From: Trypanosoma brucei
Taxonomy: Eukaryota
Length of the DNA: 64,000 nucleotides
Direction of reading: 5' to 3'
Assembly (NCBI GenBank): GCA_000002445.1
Contig: CP000070.1
Span: 96,001-160,000, forward strand
How positions within the stretch are numbered: the stretch's first letter is position 1; each line of letters opens with the position of its first letter. A program made the translations under genes and the position numbers. This document shows positions 1-10,300 of this stretch, piece after piece. Below the pieces are notes generated by a model. The model was given only the letters and a program-made list of their open reading frames with translations, had not been told where the DNA came from and ran no database searches.

Positions 1-1005
1 ATACGGCCTCAATGTTGCAGTTGAGTTCTGAGGACCTGAGGGAGATGTAGTTTCCCTTTCCTCCTTGTATTCACGTGGATACGGCCTCAATGTTGCAGTT
101 GAGTTCTGAGGATCTGAGGGAGATGTAGTTTCCCTTTCCTCCTTGTATTCACGTGGATACGGCCTCAATGTTGCAGTTGAGTTCTGAGGATCTGAGGGAG
201 ATGTAGTTTCCCTTTCCTCCTTGTATTCACGTGGATACGGCCTCAATGTTGCAGTTGAGTTCTGAGGATCTGAGGGAGATGTAGTTTCCCTTTCCTCCTT
301 GTATTCACGTGGATACGGCCTCAATGTTGCAGTTGAGTTCTGAGGATCTGAGGGAGATGTAGTTTCCCTTTCCTCCTTGTATTCACGTGGATACGGCCTC
401 AATGTTGCAGTTGAGTTCTGAGGATCTGAGGGAGATGTACTTTCCCTTTCCTCTCTGTATTCACGTGGATACGGCCTCAATGTTGCAGTTGAGTTCTGAG
501 GATCTGAGGGAGATGTAGTTTCCCTTTCCTCCTTGTATTCACGTGGATACGGCCTCAATGTTGCAGTTGAGTTCTGAGGACCTGAGGGAGATGTACTTTC
601 CCTTTCCTCTCTGTATTCACGTGGATACGGCCTCAATGTTGCAGTTGAGTTCTGAGGACCTGAGGGAGATGTACTTTCCCTTTCCTCCTTGTATTCACGT
701 GGATACGGCCTCAATGTTGCAGTTGAGTTCTGAGGACCTGAGGGAGATGTAGTTTCCCTTTCCTCTCTGTATTCACGTGGATACGGTTTCAATATTGCAG
801 TTGAGTTCTGAGGACCTGAGGGAGATGTAGTTTCCCTTTCCTCCCTGTATTCACGTGGATACGGCCTCAATGTTGCAGTTGAGTTCTGAGGACCTGAGGG
901 AGATGTAGTTTCCCTTTCCTCTCTGTATTCACGTGGATACGGTTTCAATATTGCAGTTGAGTTCTGAGGACCTGAGGGAGATGTACTTTCCCTTTCCTCC
1001 TTGTG
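1..1005 (-). repeat. About 13 near-identical copies of a 78-bp tandem repeat with no spacers. It is coding on the minus strand, with a 26-aa unit EERE(T/S)TSPS(G/D)PQNSTA(T/I)L(R/K)PYPREY(R/K). The array continues past the left window edge.
   Basis: Repeat units start at 1, 79, 157, 235 and so on, and the last partial unit ends near 1005. Only one minus-strand frame is open across all units. The other two minus frames have TGA in every unit, and the + frames have TGA or TAG. Confidence 0.95.
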
Positions 1006-2391
1006 TGAAAAACTTTTTTTTGTCACTGGCGGGACTGGGGAGGCTGCTAATACCACTTTTCCGTTTTCGTCATAATTTTGTCGTTGCGTTTTAGTGTGTT
1101 GAATTGTCTCAGATGCTTTATCGACCCCTGTTTTAGCAGACATGCGGGGTCTAAGGTTTACTGCAGAAACACTGGGATCGTTCATGTTTTCTACCGTTTT
1201 GTTCGCAGCTGGCGGTTGCGACTCGAGACGATTCAAGTACGCTTCAGCTTCGCCTAAATCATCTGATGCTTTATCGGATATAAACCCTCGGAGTATAGGA
1301 TCATCTAAATTTATGTGCTCCACGACCAACGCAACCGCCATATCCACCGGTGGTTTCCTAAGTTTGCTTACCCATGGTCCTTCATACAAAGCATTCACAG
1401 ATGACCATGCGAACAAGCGCCCGCGGTATAGCAAATGTATTATGAACACGTGTAAGTCGTTGCATTCCGTTACGAAGAATTCCACTGGTTGCCCGAAAGA
1501 GGCATCAAATGATTTATTGTGCTCGCGCTTCATGTTGATGCTTCTGTATAGCCTGTGCCTAACTTCATGCAGGACTCGGGGCCCTTGACTTGAAACTACC
1601 TTGTACTCTTCCACACAAACGGTAAATTCGGTAGCTGGTGCGGTGATATCCATATCCTCAATGCCTTTAATGTTTAAACCGTATTTTCCCACACACAGCG
1701 ATGAGGTTTTAACCATTCGATTGAACTCAATAACGCAAACCTCTTCCCTGTTCCGGTTCCGTGTTGCCTCTCCACTGTTTAGTAGTTGATCCACCGCATC
1801 CGCATCCGCAGCCTCACCGAAACCGTCAAACAGCTCTTTTTCCCACTTTCCCGTTTCCGCCTTTCTGACTTTTGCCGGTGGAAGAGTCTCATCGTGATTA
1901 GGTCTGTCGTGCTGCTTTTCTTTCAGAGGTCGAGCCGTTATCGCGGATCTAAGCATGTCTCGTATCAAAGCAATATCTTTTCTCGTGTCCGCAATCACCC
2001 TTTCGTTAAGGGCTGCAGACTCCATTTGCTGAAGTGCCCGCTCCCGCATGTAAAGTTCCCTCGATGGAAGAAAAAGATTCAACCTTTCATTGGGTAGAGG
2101 CCTCAAATGTAACTGGCTGCTGGTCGAACTCACATCACGTCGATTCGTAGAGTTGTGGTTTGCACCTCCAATAATCTTCGGTAAGTCGAATGTGACCTTC
2201 TGAGAAGTTTCCTCATTGTAAAAAGAAACATCACACGACTTAACGGGCGTGGAGACTGCGAAAAGTTGAGACGCCGGAGACTCTTGCAGGTATTTGCCTT
2301 CAATTAGTAAGAAGCACTGAGGGACATGCTGTTGAGGCTTTAAAAAGCGTGAGTCTTCACTTATTCTGCCACAGTTGTCGCATTCACGCAT
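1..2391 (-). CDS. Partial CDS whose 3' end lies beyond the window. The protein has a unique N-terminal domain of about 460 aa that begins MRECDNCGRISEDSRFLKPQQ... and is followed by 26-aa tandem repeats. It is probably a repetitive, antigen-like protein.
   Basis: I translated the minus strand by hand. ATG is at 2391-2389 and an in-frame TAG lies just upstream at 2415-2413. I saw no stop down to position 1. The frame runs continuously into the 78-bp repeat array. The ORF track omits it because the window contains no stop codon for it. Confidence 0.6.
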   Translation of the reverse strand, partial: MRECDNCGRISEDSRFLKPQQHVPQCFLLIEGKYLQESPASQLFAVSTPVKSCDVSFYNEETSQKVTFDLPKIIGGANHNSTNRRDVSSTSSQLHLRPLPNERLNLFLPSRELYMRERALQQMESAALNERVIADTRKDIALIRDMLRSAITARPLKEKQHDRPNHDETLPPAKVRKAETGKWEKELFDGFGEAADADAVDQLLNSGEATRNRNREEVCVIEFNRMVKTSSLCVGKYGLNIKGIEDMDITAPATEFTVCVEEYKVVSSQGPRVLHEVRHRLYRSINMKREHNKSFDASFGQPVEFFVTECNDLHVFIIHLLYRGRLFAWSSVNALYEGPWVSKLRKPPVDMAVALVVEHINLDDPILRGFISDKASDDLGEAEAYLNRLESQPPAANKTVENMNDPSVSAVNLRPRMSAKTGVDKASETIQHTKTQRQNYDENGKVVLAASPVPPVTKKSFSHKEERESTSPSGPQNSTAILKPYPREYREERETTSPSGPQNSTATLRPYPREYREERETTSPSGPQNSTAILKPYPREYREERETTSPSGPQNSTATLRPYPREYKEERESTSPSGPQNSTATLRPYPREYREERESTSPSGPQNSTATLRPYPREYKEERETTSPSDPQNSTATLRPYPREYREERESTSPSDPQNSTATLRPYPREYKEERETTSPSDPQNSTATLRPYPREYKEERETTSPSDPQNSTATLRPYPREYKEERETTSPSDPQNSTATLRPYPREYKEERETTSPSDPQNSTATLRPYPREYKEERETTSPSGPQNSTATLRPY

Positions 2392-3075
2392 TCCCCACCA
2401 GGCAAACAGTCAACTAACTAACTAACCAACCCCAGTTGCGTCCCTCGGTTCCACCAATTGCGTGCAAACCTATTACCAACGTTTGTTTTAACGTGCTCGA
2501 TCCTCACCCTACTACAATGTAAACAATAATAACAACGTCCGGGGAATGGAAACATCAATGTACGCAGGTAAAAATAGGCAATAACAATAACAATAAAAAA
2601 GAGATTTATGCGAGTTAGTGAGACAAAGACCCCATTCCACGTTACTTCCACTGCCACACGTACGGCATACAACCTGCACCGATATCAGCCCCCGCACACA
2701 CGCAGTTAAAATAACAACAGGAAAAAAAAGCGTGAATGGCCATAACAGTCATGGGTTAGGGCACGGCAGTTGCTCTCTCCGGCACGACAATAGACGGTGT
2801 GAGAATAGCCCAACTTCACCCAACAAAAGACAAACAAATTCAACTTTAGAGGGCCCCACCATTTCCCCCTCTTTAAGAGGTTAACGATATTAAATATTGA
2901 AACCGAGACCCGTAAGCAATAAAATAAACGAGCAAATAGAAGATAGCGCAATGTTATTACGATGTGGTCATTCTTCCCTTCTACCTTCCCCGTGTGCGTA
3001 TTTAAATGATTCCCCAAAGTCACTAAGCGGCAGCACTTGTGCCTGTGCAATCATCACCACCTTCATCCAACTCCG

Positions 3076-4146
3076 CTACCCGCCACTGTTCAAAGCAGAG
3101 AGCGGCCCATTTTCATCAAGCACATCAACTTTTGTAAGTTCAACACCGAAACATTCCATGAGCCGCCCCTCAAGCTCACTTCTGCGCTTTTTCCACGTAG
3201 AGGTAATGCGACAAAGTTTACGGTTGGGTGACTCGATTCGAGCCGCAAGTAACTCACCATCTATACGCTGCACTTCCCCTTCAGGGGCGAATGTGGCTTC
3301 CTTCGCCGCAGTGTTGTTAGCATCGAGAAGACGTTTAAGATCTATATGAAACGTACAAGCCCAATCAACCTCAAAACGGGGATGCGTGCTTCGCTCACTC
3401 TGCCCAACGTAGTGACGGAGAGTGTGCATATGTCGCAAAACTAAAATTTCATCACTGCTGTTTCTCTCCTTTCCACACGCACCTCCCTCGGTATAGACAT
3501 AAACTGCCCATGAAACATCTTGCATATGTTTGCACCATGAGAAACGGAGCGCATCAGTAACATGCTGTGTTGAAAAGAAAGCAACAGACTGCACCATGTA
3601 TTGCATCAAGCGCAACGCTTTGCTGTGAACTGTGTATTTGGGTGCATATCCGCCACCGCCGTTTTGGATATTTGTGACCGCATCCGTCTCGCCGCCCGCG
3701 CCACCATTTTCGGTATTTGCTTCAGTGGCACGCATCATGCCACTTTCAAGCAGCACAGTCATGAGAAGCGATGATGAGTCAGGGATGTCTTTTTGCTGCT
3801 TTTCCCATTCAGACTTTATGACGCTTGAGTCTTCCCCACACAACTCTACAAGTAACTCCAGGGATTCGCGAACGCGCTCATTTCTGTCCGAAAAATACTT
3901 GCTTTCGTCTTCCTTATCTTTCAGCACCAATACACTCACATGGTCCTGCTTTTCCCGATAGTAATTATTTCTGTTTGGGGCTGCCACATATACTTGCGTT
4001 CTGGGGAAGTCTCGCGTGACACCTGTGGGATCCTTTCCAATGTCTCCAAGAAGTCGCCCCCTCCAGGATTCCTTTTTTTCATCCATTAATCCAACGAAAC
4101 TGCAACGCACATCCGTTGAGCTTTCGGTTGAACATCCGCTTCCCAT
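3076..4146 (-). CDS. Hypothetical protein of 356 aa. The N-terminus MGSGCS fits an N-myristoylation and palmitoylation consensus.
   Basis: Long minus-strand ORF in the same orientation as its neighbours. The + strand purine-rich tract at 4175-4240 is a polypyrimidine tract on the coding strand, upstream of the ATG. The N-terminus is a Gly2/Cys5/Ser6 motif. Confidence 0.55.
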   Translation of the reverse strand: MGSGCSTESSTDVRCSFVGLMDEKKESWRGRLLGDIGKDPTGVTRDFPRTQVYVAAPNRNNYYREKQDHVSVLVLKDKEDESKYFSDRNERVRESLELLVELCGEDSSVIKSEWEKQQKDIPDSSSLLMTVLLESGMMRATEANTENGGAGGETDAVTNIQNGGGGYAPKYTVHSKALRLMQYMVQSVAFFSTQHVTDALRFSWCKHMQDVSWAVYVYTEGGACGKERNSSDEILVLRHMHTLRHYVGQSERSTHPRFEVDWACTFHIDLKRLLDANNTAAKEATFAPEGEVQRIDGELLAARIESPNRKLCRITSTWKKRRSELEGRLMECFGVELTKVDVLDENGPLSALNSGG

Positions 4147-4174
4147 CGTAACCCTTTCAATACATCAACGAACG

Positions 4175-4240
4175 AACAAAAAAAAAAAAAGAGGATTCGG
4201 AGAAGACAAGAAGGAAAAAGGTAAGGAATAAAGTGACAAA
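4175..4240 (-). promoter_or_regulatory. Polypyrimidine tract on the coding strand, a candidate trans-splicing and polyadenylation signal upstream of the 3076..4146 gene.
   Basis: A run of aaaaaaaaaaaaagaggattcggagaagacaagaaggaaaaaggtaaggaataaag on the + strand corresponds to a C/T-rich tract on the minus strand, 30-90 nt upstream of the ATG. Confidence 0.4.
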
Positions 4241-6081
4241 CCAACGTTTGCAAAACAAGTGCTCCTTCCCGTAGACACCCACGCACACAAACACACACAT
4301 GACTGACATGTGCAGCGGTGTTTGCCCCACAATCACGGGTAAAGTTCTTTTTTCCCCCTTTCTTTTCAACACGGATGCAATGTTAGCAAATCATGTTAAA
4401 ACTAAACAAATTGACATATATTTATATATTTATATATTTATTTATATTTATTTATTAAAGGAGGAACATGTACCGTATCGAGTAGAATGTGGTGGAAGGA
4501 AACGAAGTAGGAGGTGGAAGGTGGTGCCAAAAGAAAAACAACAGGCTACATGGAAACTGGCGCGGGACATAAATTAATCAAACATGAGAAGGAAGGAAAA
4601 TATTGTGGAAAACCAGGCAAAAAAAAATCTTTTTGTGGGCACGTGAGTGCGTTATTTACAAACATGTGGTGCTCGTGTCGAAAAGACAAAAACAAAAAGA
4701 AATTAAACAAAAAAACAAAAAAACAATACTAGTTATAATAGTAACAACATTTGTAACGGTAATAACCGAACATATTCTCTACAGGTTAAAGGGTGGAAAA
4801 AAGAGAGAGAGAGAACGTCGCACAGGAGTGAAAAAACAAAAAAAAAACAACTCGATCCGAAATTCACACAAGCAACAATGATAATAATAAAACATAATAA
4901 AAAAAAACAATATTAACTCAAAACGTTTTCGCATTCACCACCACCAAAACCGCCCTCTTTTCCTCGCTCCTTTTCCTCCTCTCGTCACATTATTGTAAAC
5001 GCCGTGAAATCAAACGCATTAAAATACGCGTAGGGGAGTTACATTCACCACCGTATGAACCGGCAGATATAAATAAAAACATATATATATATATATATAT
5101 GTTTTTATATATATTCATAAATATGTGTGTAAACATACAAACCAGTTACATTTCCAACGCCACACGTCCCAAAGCAATGCAACGGAGACAAAATGTGCAG
5201 AGGTGTCGTTGAGGCAGGGAAATATAAACTCAACACAAGTGAAAACAAGAAAAAAAAATCCGTAAACAACATGCTCAGCAGATAGCAAAGAGGACGAAAA
5301 TGAGCAACACAAATTAGAGGGAGGGGAGGAAGGAAAAAAAAAAGGGAAAACCGCGGAAGCTTATCTTACTTACTTACTTACCCCTTTTTTTTCCATCGGA
5401 TCATACAAAAGGAGCGTTTCAGCCGCCTCTTTTTTCCTTTTTGCTGCTTTGTTTCTCTCATGTAGAAGCTCAGTGCATTTAAGACAAAGAAAAAAGAATG
5501 CGAAAGGATGCATGTACGCATGCTTGTATGTGTGTGTGTGTGTGATTACGTAGCACCGATTCTATATGTCTCGTGGTCGCAAATGAGGAAGTAAACTTCA
5601 AACAATAACAAAAATAAAATAAAATAGAAATCCTAAACGAATAAAAGAAATTGATAGGAGACAGTATGATAACGAAAATGACAAAAATACAGTCCAACCA
5701 AACCAAAGAAGAAAAAAAAAAGAAAGTTTATACACCTTCGTGCCCCTTTTAAACATGTGAAAAAAGCCATTAGCCTCGTGTAACTAATGGTGCCTTCATG
5801 TAAGGGTTCACATTTATTGTGCCTCAACGGACCCGGAGTGCAATGAATACTCAAAATGTGCGCGCAACATTCGAAAAAAAAAATGAGACAACTGGTTCAG
5901 TACTACGTAATCCCGTGGTAGCTATCCACGATAGGGGTGAAAACTGGAAACAAAAAAGAAAACTATTAAAGTATCCAGATTTCAGTACAAAAAAAAAAAG
6001 AATGGGGAAAGGAATTAGAGTCGATGTAAGTCACCACCTCACTAATGGAACGTACCCACAACACACAACATATTACTTCCC

Positions 6082-6630
6082 TTAGCCGGGGCCTTTTTCT
6101 TTTTCTTTCTCCCTTTCTCCCCTCTCCTCATCCTCAGGTTTAACTAAACCCACAGCAAAGGGTTGAAGCATGCTTTCACATGATACCCATCGATGGTAAT
6201 AGTTGAATAGCTCCGTTGCGTCTCTCCCACCACAAAGCTGAAGCATCCGCTCCCCTCCCGGGTGAAAATGCTGAAACTTTGTGCAGTCATACACCACGGA
6301 ACCTATAACTATCCATAGATCATCAGGTGTGTTGTGTCTCCTGATTTCACTTATACTAAGGTACGGTAACTTTTTTTCATTAGTCTCCCGTTTCATCTTC
6401 CTCCATATGCTCTGCAATATTCCACCCCAGTCAACCATTGAGAAACCGGCTCTACATGAACTCTTCGCGCGCAACATAACATCCAACGTCTCACGGGTGA
6501 CTTCCATCCGAAACGGCTCATCATCCGCTGAACGCCCAGCCGTGGATGGATTTTGTGAAAACGCCTCCTTTTCTGAATCAGTGCTGAGCTCGTTGGGTGA
6601 TTCGGGGTTTCCTCCGTCAGGCAAAGACAT
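6082..6630 (-). CDS. Cytochrome b5-like heme-binding domain protein of 182 aa.
   Basis: A cytochrome b5 signature, ...WIVIGSVVYDCTKFQHFHPGGERMLQLCGGRDATELF, carries the HPGG motif. Confidence 0.8.
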   Translation of the reverse strand: MSLPDGGNPESPNELSTDSEKEAFSQNPSTAGRSADDEPFRMEVTRETLDVMLRAKSSCRAGFSMVDWGGILQSIWRKMKRETNEKKLPYLSISEIRRHNTPDDLWIVIGSVVYDCTKFQHFHPGGERMLQLCGGRDATELFNYYHRWVSCESMLQPFAVGLVKPEDEERGEREKEKEKGPG

Positions 6631-7326
6631 GGGTTAAGCGTTGAACCTCTGCACTGCTAAACCTGAACGACCAGGCAATTATATTAAACGCTTCTTGTGT
6701 TAAAATTAAAACGAGATGTAGGGGTATTTAATTATTTAATTATGTACTCGACCCCACTCGAGCAGCGGGTGTGGGCGTTACCGTTCTTACTATAAGTTTC
6801 CAACTTCTACAGGAATGAACACGTCTAATTGAGTACGCAAAGGAATAAAAGACTGGGAACTTGGCCTAGGGAGAGGACGACCAAAAACAGGAACATAACA
6901 GATCCGCAAAGAACGAATGAAATAGGAAGGAAACAGGAAGGAAAAGGGGTTGATTTCGCAAAAGTAACAAGTGGACTCCACTGGAGGGATACGAGTTGAC
7001 GACAATCAACCATACACAAAAATGACTGTACAGATGCTCCTTGCAAAGTAGAAACAATGAGTGAGGCAAGCGGCTAGTCTCAAAACTACGCACGTATATA
7101 AATATATGTATGTGCGTGTTCGTACATGGCCAACAAGTAAAAAATATATATAATACCAAAAGGCAAACAGCCACACAAGTCATGGATACCGTGCGGCGAA
7201 GAAGGTGAGCAGGCGGCAACGGTAGCAAAAAAAAAAAAGGAAAAAAGAAGGTAAAGTAAAACACAAGCACCACAAAGCAAACATCCCATAAACCACCCCA
7301 ATGTGAAAGAAATCAACTTACGCCAC

Positions 7327-10300
7327 TCAACTTTCACTACTAGCTGGCTTACGGCCAAACAGCCGGTCCCGTTGCTGCACAATCACTTCTAGATTGGGAG
7401 CTTCATCTATTGTGAACTCTTGTGGACACTTAAATGGTTCGGGCCGCCAACGTCGCTCAGTGCCCAACACAACCCGGTCAGCATCGGGAACAACAGGGGG
7501 AACGAAGGAACATGCGAAGGGCACGTGATTAAGTTCTTCCGGCAGACGTGTTGAACTGCCAGTCCCCGAAAGGGCAGCGATGCCACCATACTTTGGAACT
7601 CGTCGTATTGCCCAGTCACTCCATACAATGCGGTCGTCCATACCAGAGGGTGGACACGCAGGCACAGGAGGCAGCAAATCTTTGCGAGTGTAACGTGAAG
7701 GAACTACGCTCTCTGTTGAGTCATCATCATCACCCAGAGGAGGGGAACCCAAGGGAAGCCTTTCCGCACATCTATCTACAATGCGGGAAAAGACACTTGT
7801 CTCTGTGATAACTGGCTTTTGTGGAGGCGCTGATTTCACTTCAGTCTTTTTCTTGAAATCATCCAGCGCAGGGAATGGCGGTGGGGGTGGAGGAATGGCA
7901 GGTCTGAAGTTCGCCGCTCGGACAGCAGCTGCATTGTCGTTCCCACCATCCAGCATTGAAAACAGGTTTGGTGCCCTGATATGTGGCGGGCGTGGAAGGG
8001 TGAAACTTTCGATAGGCTCTGTATTCAGTGGAACAGCGAGACCAATAACAGTTGACGTTACTTCCCACCAAAGTTTAAACGCCTCAACTTCAGCGTCTGG
8101 AGATGCGGGCAACTTCCGTAGTTCGTCAACAGGTGGTAAAGCCGCACACCCGTGTAATGCAAAAGAAGGCCCCTTTCCCATCCCATCTGTCGAGGGGTCA
8201 CAATCCAAAATGGGTCTACCGGCCATGTTTGTAACGATAACAGACCCATCTGCACGGCGGAATAAACCACGTGATACCCACTGACCCTGTGACCAGCAGC
8301 CGGCATACACTTCTCGATTTCTGCCGTAGCGCCTTATTGCAAGCATGCGGCCGCACTTCAACCTCTGGAAGCAGCGATCACACACGCGCTGCTGTCCGTC
8401 CATTTTGAAATGTGGGGGCATAGAGGCACGCGACTGTGAGCAAGCATCGCAAAAAACCTCACCACAAAGACGACAATGATGACGCCGAATGAAAAAGGTA
8501 AATGTAGCACTGCAGAGAGAACAGTGCGATGCCTTGTCGTCGTTCACCATTACAGGTAACATGAAGCAGTCGTCCCGCTCGTTTCCGTTGGCATATGTAG
8601 TTTCATACACAGATTCCGTGGCTGCATCATGAATTGCCACAGAACCACATAAAACACCATTACGCCATTCACCCACAACTGCACATTCACCTGAAAATAA
8701 CTCAAACCCATGACCATGTTGTTTACCGGCGACGAAGTTACCATAATAGACGCTACCTCCAAGAAGCAATTTCCCCATGCCTTCGATACGACCCGACGTG
8801 AACTCACCGCTGTACAAAAATCCGTCATCGTCCTGTAAAATCCCTGAACCGTGCCACACACCATGTTTCCACTCACCATTGTAGCGAGACTTTCCATCTT
8901 TACCACAACCGTATGACTGTCCACGGCCATGTTGACGACCCTTGGAGTCCAACTCTCCATGATATTTGATTGTCTTGAGGGCTCCGTTCTCCCACGTACC
9001 GGCGTAAGCAGTACCATCCGAGCAGCTGTACGCACCTTCACCGTGCCACTTGTCATCTGCAAACCCCCCAGTGTAGGTTTCACCGTTCCAAAGAATCTGC
9101 GTACCGAAACCATGCCTTCGACCCTCCTTGAACCCTCCTAGGTAGTATTCATTTTTTCCCCACCAAAGGGAACCGAAAATGTGTGGGATGGCGGAGGAAA
9201 TGTAACCCTCATAAATAATATACTCATCCTCCTTCGTTTGTGCCCGTGGGTCACAGGTCCCCTGCTCCGTGCCGGTAGTGCACCACAAATCTGGATTCAC
9301 ACTTTCTTCCTTGCCTTCTGGTGTGCTTGGAACTGGAGTTTTCCCATCTTCATCTTCACCACCACCAACAGCACCCGTTTCTTCACCCTCCTGTGAGGCA
9401 CAGTTACAATACCGCATGGGAAGCCAAAGTGTGATGAATTGGGCTTCGAGTTGCAACGTACTAATACAAGTTGTACATGCCTGTAACTGCGATGGAGAGT
9501 TAACTACAGCAGGTGCTTCTGCTTCACTGTCGCCAATAGGCGTTGCCTTACACTGTCGCATCAAAGCCTCCAGCTTCGGGTGATCGCGCAGGTCCAAAGT
9601 GTTGTAACAGGAGTTGCAGCAAACCCGATCACAAATAGCACATTTTAGTTCCTTACGAAAAAATGTGAAGGGTTTCTCGCACACGGCGCAGACTTTGCCA
9701 GTACCGCTTTCTGAGAGAGGTGCTTCACTAATATTTTTTTCGGCGTTCTGCTTTAGAATTTCCCCGTGGTACGGAGCATTAGCTCGATGAGGGAAAACGA
9801 GTTTTGGGTGGCTCTGCACCCAATCGGCACGCATACAGACTCCGGAGTTAAATAGGACAACCCCACTGCCCTCTTGCAGTCCAAGACACATCGTTACAGG
9901 TGGTTTCCCAATAACTACATCGTTCTGCTTTTTCTTCTTTACCTTTGCGACTACGGCAGTGACGTCTGGGGCACTAATGGCAGCTGCTGCACATTGAGCC
10001 ACAAGTAACTGGCATGACGAATAGGGAACGACGGTCGGCCTCCATTCACCACGAAGCAGATAATGCTCATGGCAAACAGTGGTCAGAACTTCACATTCCT
10101 TTTCCCCCTTTAAAGGTTCGTTGCGAAAGAAGCTCGTGAAGAGGGACATCAATGTGTTCGAGCCATCCCTCTGCTCCTCCTTCTGTGACTCAACCTGGTG
10201 TGCCGTATTGGCTGTAGCCAAACATTCCTCGGCAGGGTTGGTGACATTTTTCGTGCTGACGGCGTGGTAGAGCCCAACACCAATAGGAGAATCCAAGCGC

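Noticed and set aside
543-752. A + strand 69-aa ORF inside the 78-bp repeat, MDTASMLQLSSEDLREM...
   Set aside because: It is open only across the few units that carry the gtac variant. Units with gtag put a TAG in this frame. It cannot span the array, whereas the minus frame can.
1-1005. The possibility that the regular 78-bp repeats are a CRISPR array.
   Set aside because: The units are directly abutting with no unique spacers. The context is eukaryotic, with intron-less polycistronic genes that include HSP70 and MORN, FYVE and BRCT domain proteins. The repeat is protein-coding.
1142-2097. Three + strand ORFs of 148, 62 and 103 aa in the region between the repeat array and the first annotated gene.
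   Set aside because: They lie in two different + frames, broken by stops, and show no protein-like features. The same DNA is one uninterrupted minus-strand reading frame running 2391 to 1 that continues into the coding repeat. They are antisense shadows of the real gene.
7086-7382. A 98-aa minus-strand ORF overlapping the 3' end of the MORN/FYVE gene.
   Set aside because: It sits in a different frame across the stop codon and 3' UTR of the 1562-aa gene. It is hydrophobic and low in complexity, with no independent support.
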